From Alphaproteobacteria bacterium (GTDB lineage: Bacteria; Pseudomonadota; Alphaproteobacteria; SP197), in contig OZ219747.1 of the NCBI GenBank assembly GCA_964291265.2, positions 1,056,001 to 1,120,000 on the forward strand: a DNA stretch of 64,000 bases, given 5' to 3'. The position numbers and the translations under genes were made by a program. The notes under the pieces are model-generated. The model did no database searches. It saw only the letters and a program-made list of their open reading frames with translations, and was not told the DNA's origin. Shown piece after piece: positions 19,101-27,271 of this stretch (the stretch's first letter is position 1; every line of letters begins with the position of its first letter).

Positions 19101-19689
19101 GCCCGGGGGTTTCCCGGGGAGGCTGAGAGGCGCGTCGGGGTGAGACGTTCTCATTCCTGGATGGTAACGCGTGACCGCGTTCAAGGGTCTTGCGAGATTA
19201 CGTGTCCCTTCCGTAGCCGCGTGGCGGTTCGATGTCCTCGAGAGCCTCGATGTCGGCATCGGCGACGCTCTGCAGGCGTTCTCCGTAAGGCGTGTCACGG
19301 AGGGTTTCGGGGATGCTGTCGAGGCGGTCACGCCATTCGTCCTGCAGGGTGCGGCAGGCGTCGAGTGTTTTCGGGCGGATGCTGCGACCTGTAAGCCAGT
19401 CCGGCCAGCGGCTGCGGCAGTCTCGTGATGCGGTGTCGTTTGGACGGCCCGGGAGTTTCCCGGGGAGGCTGAGCGGCGCGTCGGGGTGAGACGTTCTCAT
19501 TCCTGGATGGTAACGCGTGACCGCGTTCAAGGGTCTTGCGGGATCACGTATCCCTTCCGTAGCCGCGTGGCGGTTCGATGTCCTCGAGGGCCTCGATGTC
19601 GGCATCGGCGACGCTCTGCAGGCGTTCTCCGTAAGGCGTGTCACGGAGGCTTTCGGGGATGCTGTCGAGGTGGTCACGCCATTCGTCCT
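18974..19689. repeat. Tandem duplication: 370-bp unit (18974-19343) and 346-bp unit (19344-19689)
   Basis: Both units start GCAGGGTGCGGCAGGCGTCGAGTGTTTTCGGGCGGATGCTGCGACCTGT. Unit 2 lacks ~24 bp, and the junction has GCAGGG microhomology. Confidence 0.9.
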
Positions 19690-19834
19690 GCAGGGCGCGC
19701 AGTTCGGCCACGGCGTCGTTCCAGCGTTGCGGTCGCGAGCGCCGGTCACGGTGCTTTGGGGTGTGGACGGGAGGGATGCCGGCCTTGCGCCGTTCCCGGT
19801 ATCGCCGCTGCTTTTCGGCGGGCGTGAGGGGCAT
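19544..19834 (-). CDS. Small conserved transposon-associated protein
   Basis: AAGGAG RBS. 'MPLTPAEKQRRYRERR...DRRSRPQRWNDAVAELRALQDEW...EDIEPPRGYGRD' is a family I recall from IS21/Mu-like elements of alphaproteobacteria. Confidence 0.7.
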   Translation of the reverse strand: MPLTPAEKQRRYRERRKAGIPPVHTPKHRDRRSRPQRWNDAVAELRALQDEWRDHLDSIPESLRDTPYGERLQSVADADIEALEDIEPPRGYGRDT

Positions 19835-19860
19835 GAGTGGTCTCCTTGTGACGGACGTGG

Positions 19861-20754
19861 TCATGATCTCGCTTGTGGTTCTTTGGTCCTGGCGTTGACG
19901 ACGTCGTTCCAGTCGGCGTTTTCCGGCGGTCTGCGTCTGTGGAACGAGACGTGGGAGGGGAGCTTCATCTTTTTGCGCAGGGTTTCGGCCTGTCGCTCTC
20001 CGGCCTCGTCGTGGTCCTGGGCGAGGACGATGGTCCTGACGTTGGGCAGGCTGCTTGCGGCGAGGCTGATCTGTTCGTGCTGTCTTCGCGAGGGTGCCCC
20101 GGCGGTGGAGAGGAAGGCGTGGCTGGGGGGACATTGGTCGATCTGGGCCAGGCTGAGGGCGTCGACGGCGCTTTCGGTGATGACGAGGGCCTCGAGGTCC
20201 GCGGCGGTTCCGGCGCGGACGGCGAACAGGCTTCGGGTTCCACCGGTGGCGAAGCGTTTCGGTCCGTCGGGGGGACCGATCTCGAAGCCGGTGAGCTTTC
20301 GCTTCCTGTTGCGATGGGCGAAGAGGACGCGTCCGTTGTGGTCGCGGCGGACCAGGGGGCGGCAGGTGTCGAGGGTCTCCGGGAGGATGCCGCGCCCGGT
20401 GAGCCAGTCCGGGGCCGCATCGGGCGTTGCCGCGGCCCAGAGGCTGCGGAAGTCGCGTGGCGCGGTGTCGGGTGCTGTGAAGCGGGTGCAGATGTCGGCG
20501 AAGGCCAGTCCGCGGTTGAGCATGAAGTCGATGACGGTTCCGTTGTCTTCATCGTTCTGGGTGTTGAAGTAGACCCAGTGTCCGTTGTTGAGGCACTTCG
20601 TGACGAGCTTCGGCAGGCCGGGTGCGCACAGGACGGGGTTGGCGCGTGTCGAGGCCTGTTCGTCGCGGACGTATCCCCAGTCGGCGGCGATGCGTTCGAA
20701 CGGCATGCGCTTGACGGCGTCGAAGTCGACGCGGCGGGGTTTATCGGGTTTCAC
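19861..20754 (-). CDS. Primase-like protein (DUF3991 + Toprim domain)
   Basis: GTG start overlapping the end of istB. Motifs 'HWVYFN...DNGTVIDF', 'LVITESAVDALS', 'VLAQDHDEAGE' and 'DWNDVV'. Confidence 0.8.
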   Translation of the reverse strand: MKPDKPRRVDFDAVKRMPFERIAADWGYVRDEQASTRANPVLCAPGLPKLVTKCLNNGHWVYFNTQNDEDNGTVIDFMLNRGLAFADICTRFTAPDTAPRDFRSLWAAATPDAAPDWLTGRGILPETLDTCRPLVRRDHNGRVLFAHRNRKRKLTGFEIGPPDGPKRFATGGTRSLFAVRAGTAADLEALVITESAVDALSLAQIDQCPPSHAFLSTAGAPSRRQHEQISLAASSLPNVRTIVLAQDHDEAGERQAETLRKKMKLPSHVSFHRRRPPENADWNDVVNARTKEPQARS

Positions 20755-21442
20755 GCCTGAGCCGCCAGGAGTCGCTGTCGATGGAGATGAGGGTTGCGTC
20801 GTGCATGAGCCGGTCGACGGTGCCGGCGATGCCGGAGGCGCTGGGGAAGACGCGGTCCCACTGGGCGAAGGCGAGGCTTGTCGTGACCATGGTCGAGCGG
20901 CGCTGATAGCGCCGCGAGACGATGGCGTAGAGGATGTCGGCATGGTGGCTTTCGAGGGTCACGTAGCCGATTTCGTCGAGGATGAGCAGGCGGGGCCTGG
21001 CGAGGATCGCGAGGCGGCGGCGCAGCTCGCTGCGCGAGACGGTCTCGGCGAGTGCCTCGAGCAGTTCCGGCGCCTTCTCGAAGCGGACGGTGTGGCCGTG
21101 CAGCAGGGCCTGGTGCGCCACGTTGGCGGCGATCATGGTCTTTCCGGTGCCCTGCCCGCCGACGAGCACGGCGTTGTCCGCACGGTCGACGAAGCCGAGG
21201 CCGAGGAGCGCTTCGACATGAGCCCGGCTGATGTCGCGCGGCCATGTCCAGTCGAAGTCCGCCAGGGGCTTGAAGGCGGGCAGCCGCGCCGCGGCGCGGC
21301 GGCGCTCGTGGCTGCGGGCCCTGCGGGCCTGTTCCTCGCCGCTGACCACCTCCTCGATCCATGCGGTCCCGGCGACCTCGTCCCAGCGTTCGACGAGCCC
21401 GTGGAGGCCGAGCGCCCGGGCACGCTCCCTGAGCTCGCTCAT
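20741..21442 (-). CDS. istB: IS21 helper ATPase IstB
   Basis: 'DFDWTWP', Walker A GGQGTGKT, LLILDEIGY and VDRLMHDA. ATGA overlap with istA. Confidence 0.93.
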   Translation of the reverse strand: MSELRERARALGLHGLVERWDEVAGTAWIEEVVSGEEQARRARSHERRRAAARLPAFKPLADFDWTWPRDISRAHVEALLGLGFVDRADNAVLVGGQGTGKTMIAANVAHQALLHGHTVRFEKAPELLEALAETVSRSELRRRLAILARPRLLILDEIGYVTLESHHADILYAIVSRRYQRRSTMVTTSLAFAQWDRVFPSASGIAGTVDRLMHDATLISIDSDSWRLRRETR

Positions 21443-22932
21443 GTCTTGTTCCTGGCGCTGGCTTCGGGCCTGTCGTAGGCGTCGAGAGCGGTCCCCCGCG
21501 GCGTCGTGCCACGGCCGCCGCGGCCGTCGTCGGCGATGCTGAGGGGCGGCAGGCCCTGCTCCCGGCGGCGCTCCTCGATGATGACGCGCACGGTTTCGGG
21601 GTGGCACGAGCCGCGCTCCAGCGCCGTGGCGACAGCCCGGTCGAGAGCGTCGGCGCCGTGCGCGTTGAGAAGCGTCTCCAGCATCCGGGCGCAGGAGGCC
21701 ACGTTGCGCCCGTTGGTCCCGGCGCGCGCCAGCATCTCCTCGGCCCGCGGCACGGTGCGCAGGACCCGGTCGCGGACGCTCATGGAGCGGGCCCGCCGCT
21801 TGCCCGCGGCGATCGCCCTGGCATGCTCCGGATCGGTGACGGCCTGCTTCCTGTTGTAGGAGCGTCGGTGGCGCGCGACCTCGTCGGCGCCGTCGAGGAT
21901 GCGAACCTCGTCGCGGTCGGCGACCAGCGTCAGCAGGGCCTTGGAGAAGCTACCCGGAACGCTGTAGTCGTTGGTGTCGAAGCGGGCGTGGCAGGTCTTG
22001 TCGATGCGCACCGGGCGGACCTCGTGATGCGGGAAGGGATCGGCGGGAAGGACGATCAGGTGCTCCCTCTCCCGGGCGAAGGCGTCCCGCACCAGGAGAC
22101 TGTCGTCGTCCGGCCAGGGCCGCTCCGCGGCGGCGCCGAAGCACCACTCCCGAACTGCGGCGTTGAGCTCGCCGAGCGGGACCGTGATGTCGCGCCCGGC
22201 GAAGAACCCGGTGCGCGCGAAGCGCACACGGCGTTCCACGCGGCCCTTCTCCTGCGGGCTCCTGGGCCAGGCGGCGCTCGGTTCGAAGGCATAGTGGGCC
22301 GCGAGGCCGAGCAGCATCGGATGATAGGTGACCGCCTTGCCGCGGCGCGTCACCACGGCACTCTTCAGGTTGTCGTACAGAAGCCTCCGCGGCACACCCC
22401 CGAATGCCGCGAAAGCCTCGACATGGCCTTGCAGGAAGCTGGCCATCCGCGCGTCGTGGAACAGGCTCAGGACAGTCTGGCGCGAGTAGCTGAGGGTGAC
22501 GAGAAGCCCCATGAGCCTGCGCTCCGCCCGGCCGATGCGGACCTTCCCGAACTCGGCCCAGTCAACCTGCGCCTGCTCGCCCGGAAGGAAGCTCAGCCGC
22601 AGCGACGGCTCGGGCCTCTTCACCGGCCTCAGCCCAAGGCGGCGCAGGTCGTGACGGAAGTGATCCTCGCCGCCGCGGTAGCCCAGAGCCACGACCTGTC
22701 GCCAGAGCGTGCTGGCCGGAAGGTCCGGCGACGCCTCAAGACGCTCCCCGAGGAAGGCAACGAAGGGGTCGATGAGCTTGGCCCGCGGCCGCCGCTCCTG
22801 CCCCGACGCCTTGAGCGCCCGCGTCACCGTGCCGTGGTGCACGCCGAGATGCCGGGCAATCGTCCCCACAGCCCAGCCCTCGGCCCGCGACAGCCGCACG
22901 ATCGTCGCCCGCGTGTCCTCGTCGATCGCCAT
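21439..22932 (-). CDS. istA: IS21 family DDE transposase IstA
   Basis: N-terminal HTH, PGEQAQVDW, LYDNLKSAV, EKGRVER and FDTNDYSVP. Confidence 0.95.
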   Translation of the reverse strand: MAIDEDTRATIVRLSRAEGWAVGTIARHLGVHHGTVTRALKASGQERRPRAKLIDPFVAFLGERLEASPDLPASTLWRQVVALGYRGGEDHFRHDLRRLGLRPVKRPEPSLRLSFLPGEQAQVDWAEFGKVRIGRAERRLMGLLVTLSYSRQTVLSLFHDARMASFLQGHVEAFAAFGGVPRRLLYDNLKSAVVTRRGKAVTYHPMLLGLAAHYAFEPSAAWPRSPQEKGRVERRVRFARTGFFAGRDITVPLGELNAAVREWCFGAAAERPWPDDDSLLVRDAFAREREHLIVLPADPFPHHEVRPVRIDKTCHARFDTNDYSVPGSFSKALLTLVADRDEVRILDGADEVARHRRSYNRKQAVTDPEHARAIAAGKRRARSMSVRDRVLRTVPRAEEMLARAGTNGRNVASCARMLETLLNAHGADALDRAVATALERGSCHPETVRVIIEERRREQGLPPLSIADDGRGGRGTTPRGTALDAYDRPEASARNKT

Positions 22933-22964
22933 GAACTCCCTCCCTTTGGTTCCTCAACGCCGCA

Positions 22965-23495
22965 TCACAGGTCCCTCAGCACCACATGCGTCACGACCCG
23001 TCCGCATCTGGCGCACCGAAGCGGCGATTCGCGTCGCTCTTGCGCCTTCACAACCGCAGGTAGGGAGGTCGGCAGCAGTCGGGAAGGGTGGTCCGTAACG
23101 ATTTCTTCAGAACCGGCGTCTCCAGACACCGCCGGAACGTCGCCAAGCAGCACCACAGCAGACGTCTGCGTGTCCATGATCTCGGCAACCATCGCCGCCC
23201 TGGCCTTCAACGCACGCGCCTCCTCCGCCTTGCGGAGCCGGTAACGCCGCTGGCGGTGACGGCCCGTCTCACGGCCCTTCAGCGTGCTCTGGTAGCGACG
23301 ACGCGACGCGCGGCGCCGCTCGATCCGGGACCGCTCCCTGCACTCCTTGGAGCAATACACATGCCCCCGGTCACACGACCGGCAGAGAACAACCTGCCGC
23401 TGACACCGCCTGCAGTTGAACAGTCGTCCTGTCGTGCACACCGTCCGTCTCGAGAGCGGGGGTGGACCCGGACGCAAAATGGCTCGACAATACAC
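22965..23495 (-). CDS. Cys-rich basic protein upstream of istA (putative Zn-binding); start may be ~23441
   Basis: 'RLFNCRRCQRQVVLCRSCDRGHVYCSKEC', an Arg-rich helix and C-terminal 'RCARCGR'. Confidence 0.65.
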   Translation of the reverse strand: MYCRAILRPGPPPLSRRTVCTTGRLFNCRRCQRQVVLCRSCDRGHVYCSKECRERSRIERRRASRRRYQSTLKGRETGRHRQRRYRLRKAEEARALKARAAMVAEIMDTQTSAVVLLGDVPAVSGDAGSEEIVTDHPSRLLPTSLPAVVKAQERRESPLRCARCGRVVTHVVLRDL

Positions 23496-23759
23496 GGGAG
23501 TTCGGTCCCCCGTGACCGGCTCGTCCGGGTGCTGCGCCGGGGGGCGTCACAACTCCGCCCGGCATCGCATCGCTCTTTCTCTTGATGCCGATCTAGCATC
23601 CACCCGGGGCGGCGGCAAAGACGCCGCCCCGGGACCGGACAACGCGACCCGCCCACAGGGAAGACAAACAATCCCGCGAGTGCCTCGGAACCGGAACCCT
23701 CCCGGCAACCGTCACCAAGACCGAAGCAGAGGTCGACGGAACCCGAACCGGACCAAAAC

Positions 23760-23851
23760 GACAATAGGAAAAGACGGCGGCGCTCGGGGAGACAACCAGC
23801 CGAACACTCAAACCACGACAACAGGACGTGACAATAGGACCTGACAACAGG
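23760..23851. repeat. Subterminal direct repeats GACAA(C/T)AGG, putative transposase-binding sites
   Basis: Copies at 23760, 23817, 23830 and 23843 (13-bp period for the last three). A related inverted copy, CCTATTGTT, lies at 18731 near the other end. Confidence 0.6.
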
Positions 23852-23919
23852 GAAGAAACACGACCCTGACAAAGCGCGGCAAATCGCCGAAATCCCGCCG
23901 TTCTATGCAGCCATCAACA

Positions 23920-24158
23920 ACGCCCTGCCAGATCTGCGAGACGGCGACCGTCAGCGTGGTGAGCAGGGCCTGGGCGTCGTTGCGCCGCTGGGTCTCGGTG
24001 GCCGAGTTGTAGAGCTGCACGGCGCCGATCAGGGTGGCGGCGAAGAGCGCCAGGCCCATCAGCACCTGGAAGAGCGAGATGCCGCGGCGGCGCCGGGCGA
24101 TGAGACGGCGGGCGAAGGCGCGCCGGGTGGTGGCGGGGAGCGGCAGGGTGGCTGTCAT
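23920..24158 (-). pseudogene. pilS: Second type IVb prepilin gene, truncated by the IS21 insertion
   Basis: Near-identical DNA to the 5' part of 24207..24794 up to ...QIWQGV, where IS end 23919 begins. Confidence 0.88.
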
Positions 24159-24206
24159 GGGATGGTCTCCTTGGTTCATGGGGTCGGGAAGCGGGGCGCG
24201 GGTGCG

Positions 24207-24794
24207 TCACTCGAAGGTGAAGGTGACGTCGTTGGCGCCGACGCCGTTGTTGCAGGCGGCGCGGATCCCGCCCGGGGTCATCGGCTGGGCGATGGTCGTG
24301 GAGCCGACCGCCACGCCGGCCAGCGCGCTGCTGCCGGCCGCCTGGCCGGCGTAGGGGTCGATCAGCATGGCGCAGTTCTCGTCGTCGAGGTTCTCGAAGA
24401 TGATGACGTACTCGGTGGTGGCGCCGCGGACGCGCACGCGGGCGCCGAAGGGGTGGCGGATCCTCGGGTTGCGGGCGGATTCATCGAGGGCCGATGAGGG
24501 AATGGCGCCGCGGGCGGCGAGATCCAGGACCATGTTCGTCGTGCCGTAGGTGGCGACGCCCTGCCAGATCTGCGAGACGGCGACCGTCAGCGTGGTGAGC
24601 AGGGCCTGGGCGTCGTTGCGCCGCTGGGTCTCGGTGGCCGAGTTGTAGAGCTGCACGGCGCCGATCAGGGTGGCGGCGAAGAGCGCCAGGCCCATCAGCA
24701 CCTGGAAGAGCGAGATGCCGCGGCGCCGCCGGGCGATGAGACGGCGGGCGAAGGCGCGCCGGGTGGTGGCGGGGTGCGGCAGGGTGTCTGTCAT
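24207..24794 (-). CDS. pilS: Type IVb major prepilin (PilS-like)
   Basis: Long basic leader ending RRRRG|ISLFQVLMGLAL, a hydrophobic helix, 'IRHPFG', a C-terminal Cys pair and terminal 'VTFTF'. Confidence 0.85.
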   Translation of the reverse strand: MTDTLPHPATTRRAFARRLIARRRRGISLFQVLMGLALFAATLIGAVQLYNSATETQRRNDAQALLTTLTVAVSQIWQGVATYGTTNMVLDLAARGAIPSSALDESARNPRIRHPFGARVRVRGATTEYVIIFENLDDENCAMLIDPYAGQAAGSSALAGVAVGSTTIAQPMTPGGIRAACNNGVGANDVTFTFE

Positions 24795-24824
24795 GGGATG
24801 GTCTCTCCTTCGGGCGGCGGCTGG

Positions 24825-25883
24825 TCAGATGGCGGTGGGCGCCTTGCTGGCGGCGTCCATGATGCTGAAGAGGGTCTGGATCATGGCGCCGATGATGACC
24901 GTGACGGCGAGCGTGAGGATCATGTTGAGGAGGGCGGCGCGGGCCTTCATCGTCGCCTCGGAACGCAGGACCCAGCGGTCGACGAAGCGGGCGAGCTTGA
25001 TCTCCCACCGGGGTATGTCGTCGAGGGCCGCCACCACCGGGATGAGCGCCGGGTCCGGAAAACCGTGACCCGAGAGCATCATCGCCCGGCCCATGCCGCG
25101 GCCGCTCGCCATGATCGTGCGGATGGTCTCGATGCGGTGACGGGTGTAAGGCGATGTCGCCTTCTCGAGGCGGGCGAAGGTGGCGTCGTTCAGATCGACG
25201 CCGGCGCGCAGGTACTCCAGGAGGACGAAGAGGAAGGCGGAGCCGACGATGGTGCGATAGATGCTGAACGGCGCGATCCGATCCAGGAAGGACCGTCCCG
25301 GCCCCTTCCACCGCAGCAGGACCTGGCGCAGGACGAGGGCGGCGAGGATGGCCGAGCCGATCAGCACGTGCGGGAAGGCGAAGAGCCACAGCGAGACGTC
25401 GCGGAAGACGGCGCCCAGGGGAGGCCAGCGGTCGTCGGGCAGGATCTCCTGGAACACCGGTATGAACCAGCCGCCGGCGCCCCACAGCATGAAGAGCACG
25501 GAGCCGATCAGCAGGGCGGGCAGCGCCAGGGCGGCCGTCACCGCCGCCGTCTGCCGCTGACGCAGATCGGCGACGCGCGCCGCCCCGGCGAAGAGGTGGG
25601 CGGCGTCGACCTCGCCGTAGGCCATGAAGATCATCGCCTCGGAGGCCGGGATCCAGCACGCCACCTCCGCGGCGAAGGCACCGCGCACCAGGGCGTCGCG
25701 CCAGTGGCGGATGATCCACGCCTCCTGGTTCCTGCCCTGGTCCCGCGCCGTCTGGATGGCGACCTCGAGGGCCGCCTCGATCGAGAAGTCGGCGTCGAGG
25801 AGATCGGCGAGAGTGGCGTAGAGGTCGATGCGCGCCCGCCGGCTGAGAAAGGCCCAGCAGAGGAGAGGCTTCCACCAGGTCAC
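24825..25883 (-). CDS. pilR: Type IV pilus inner-membrane platform protein (PilR/PilC/GspF family)
   Basis: GTG 25883 overlaps the upstream stop. 'RIDLYATLADLL..FSIEAAL', three TM regions and 'GHGFPDP' fit the T2SSF architecture. Confidence 0.85.
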   Translation of the reverse strand: MTWWKPLLCWAFLSRRARIDLYATLADLLDADFSIEAALEVAIQTARDQGRNQEAWIIRHWRDALVRGAFAAEVACWIPASEAMIFMAYGEVDAAHLFAGAARVADLRQRQTAAVTAALALPALLIGSVLFMLWGAGGWFIPVFQEILPDDRWPPLGAVFRDVSLWLFAFPHVLIGSAILAALVLRQVLLRWKGPGRSFLDRIAPFSIYRTIVGSAFLFVLLEYLRAGVDLNDATFARLEKATSPYTRHRIETIRTIMASGRGMGRAMMLSGHGFPDPALIPVVAALDDIPRWEIKLARFVDRWVLRSEATMKARAALLNMILTLAVTVIIGAMIQTLFSIMDAASKAPTAI

Positions 25884-26446
25884 AGGCTCTTCCTCCCCGC
25901 ACCGGGCGCGGCGATGCGCCAGGAGCAGGCCTCGCCGGACGGGATCGCGTGGAGGAAGGCGGTGAAGGCCTGGACGGGCGAAAGCCCGAGGCGGCGCGTC
26001 GCCATGGCAAGCCAGGCACCGTCCGCCGCGCCGGCCAGGGCGGCGGCGAAGTCGAGCGCCATGAACGGGTGCGCCGCCGTCATCGCGGGCCACCATGCCG
26101 GGAGACCGATCATTCCCGCCGTGGCGACCACGGCGAGGACGAGGCGGGCGTCGCCGTGCGTGCCGATCGGCACGATGCCGCCGGAGGCGGTGCTGCGGGA
26201 CCGGTGGAAGGCGATGGCGGCCAGGGCGGCGTAGAGGACGGGGATCCGGTACCAGGGCAGGTCTGCCGGCGGGGCGGCGGCGATGGAGACGAGCGCCATG
26301 ATGGCGATCAGGCCGGTCACGAGGAGGGAACGGGCGCCGTGGGCGAGGATGACGGCACGCTCTTCGCGCAGCCTGTCCTTGCCGATGGCCGGGCATGAGG
26401 GCCGGCGGATCGGGCCGAGGAGGGCGAGGAGGAGGAACCAGATCAC
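25880..26446 (-). CDS. Unknown membrane protein, repeat domain copy 4
   Basis: Motifs AHGARS, PIGTHGDAR, GAADGAW and CSWRI. GTGA-coupled at both ends. Confidence 0.7.
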   Translation of the reverse strand: MIWFLLLALLGPIRRPSCPAIGKDRLREERAVILAHGARSLLVTGLIAIMALVSIAAAPPADLPWYRIPVLYAALAAIAFHRSRSTASGGIVPIGTHGDARLVLAVVATAGMIGLPAWWPAMTAAHPFMALDFAAALAGAADGAWLAMATRRLGLSPVQAFTAFLHAIPSGEACSWRIAAPGAGRKSL

Positions 26447-27183
26447 GGCGCGTCCCCGGGGGATGAGGGCGCCGCGATCCGCCAGGTGCTGGCGTCGCGC
26501 TTGAGGGCCGTTCGCAGGAAGGCCAGGAGCGTCTGCGGGAACGTGAGCTTCATGCGGCGCATGGCGGTGGCGGTCCAGGCGCCGTCGGAGAGACCGGCGA
26601 GGCCCGCGGCAAGGAGCAGCAGGAAGAACGGGCCCGGGAGGAGCAACGAGGTCTCGGGCGAGGCGGCGAGGAAACAGAACGCGGCGATGGCGGCGATGAT
26701 GAAGCGCGAATCGCCATGGGTCCCGGGTGGTACGATGCCGCCGCAGGCGACGAGGCGGGACCAGGCGAAGCCGAGGGTGGCGCCGCCGGCCCAGGCGATC
26801 GGCGCATGGCGCCAGGCGAGATCCGCGTCCGGCGCCGCGGCGATGGAGACGAACACCATGACGGCAATCAGCCCGGTGACGAAGAGTGAGCGGGCGCCGT
26901 GGGCGAGAACGAGAGACTGATCGCCGAGTATCCTGTCTTCATCGATCGGCTTGAGGAGAGCGGGTTCGACGGGGTTGCGATCGTCAACGGCAGCGTGACC
27001 GCTGCGGTGGCGCTTGCCAGCCTCGGTGTGGCGCTCGGCAGCGACAACCCCGCTGTCAGGGTGCTCGCTGCGATCCTGTTCGTCACCACCGTCGTTGATT
27101 TTCTGCTCTGGTGGTGCGGTCTGGGCAGCATCGTCGAGTCTTTCACCGGGTGATCCCCGCCCGCTGGCGGCGGGTGCGGTCAC
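26443..27183 (-). CDS. Unknown membrane protein, repeat domain copy 3 (alternative in-frame start 27255 from a duplicated pilR 5' end)
   Basis: Motifs AHGARS, PPGTHGDSR, GLSDGAW and STWRI, preceded by an acidic N-terminal extension. Confidence 0.7.
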   Translation of the reverse strand: MTAPAASGRGSPGERLDDAAQTAPPEQKINDGGDEQDRSEHPDSGVVAAERHTEAGKRHRSGHAAVDDRNPVEPALLKPIDEDRILGDQSLVLAHGARSLFVTGLIAVMVFVSIAAAPDADLAWRHAPIAWAGGATLGFAWSRLVACGGIVPPGTHGDSRFIIAAIAAFCFLAASPETSLLLPGPFFLLLLAAGLAGLSDGAWTATAMRRMKLTFPQTLLAFLRTALKRDASTWRIAAPSSPGDAP

Positions 27184-27198
27184 GGGCCGGCCACCGGC

Positions 27199-27271
27199 GA
27201 TGCGCGCCCGGCGGTTGAGAAAGGCCCAGCTGAGGATGGGCTTCCACCAGGTCACAGGCTCTTCCTCCCCG
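27199..27271. repeat. 73-bp direct repeat of 25827-25899 (cassette end + pilR start)
   Basis: GATGCGCGCCCG..TGAGAAAGGCCCAGC..GGCTTCCACCAGGTCACAGGCTCTTCCTCCCCG is present at both positions with few mismatches. Confidence 0.9.

Larger units (their letters stand above)
18600..23919 (-). mobile_element. IS21-family element (~5.3 kb) with cargo genes; no target-site duplication
   Basis: Imperfect terminal IRs with TG...CA ends: left 18600 TGTCGGCGGCGATTTAGAACGGCGGGATATTGGCG; right (reverse complement from 23919) TGTTGATGGCTGCATAGAACGGCGGGATTTCGGCG. istA and istB lie inside. Confidence 0.88.

Noticed and set aside
26899-27153. Plus-strand 84-aa hydrophobic ORF inside the membrane-gene array
   Set aside because: It overlaps the conserved repeat domain on the opposite strand and has no RBS; probably a shadow, although an inverted insert cannot be excluded.
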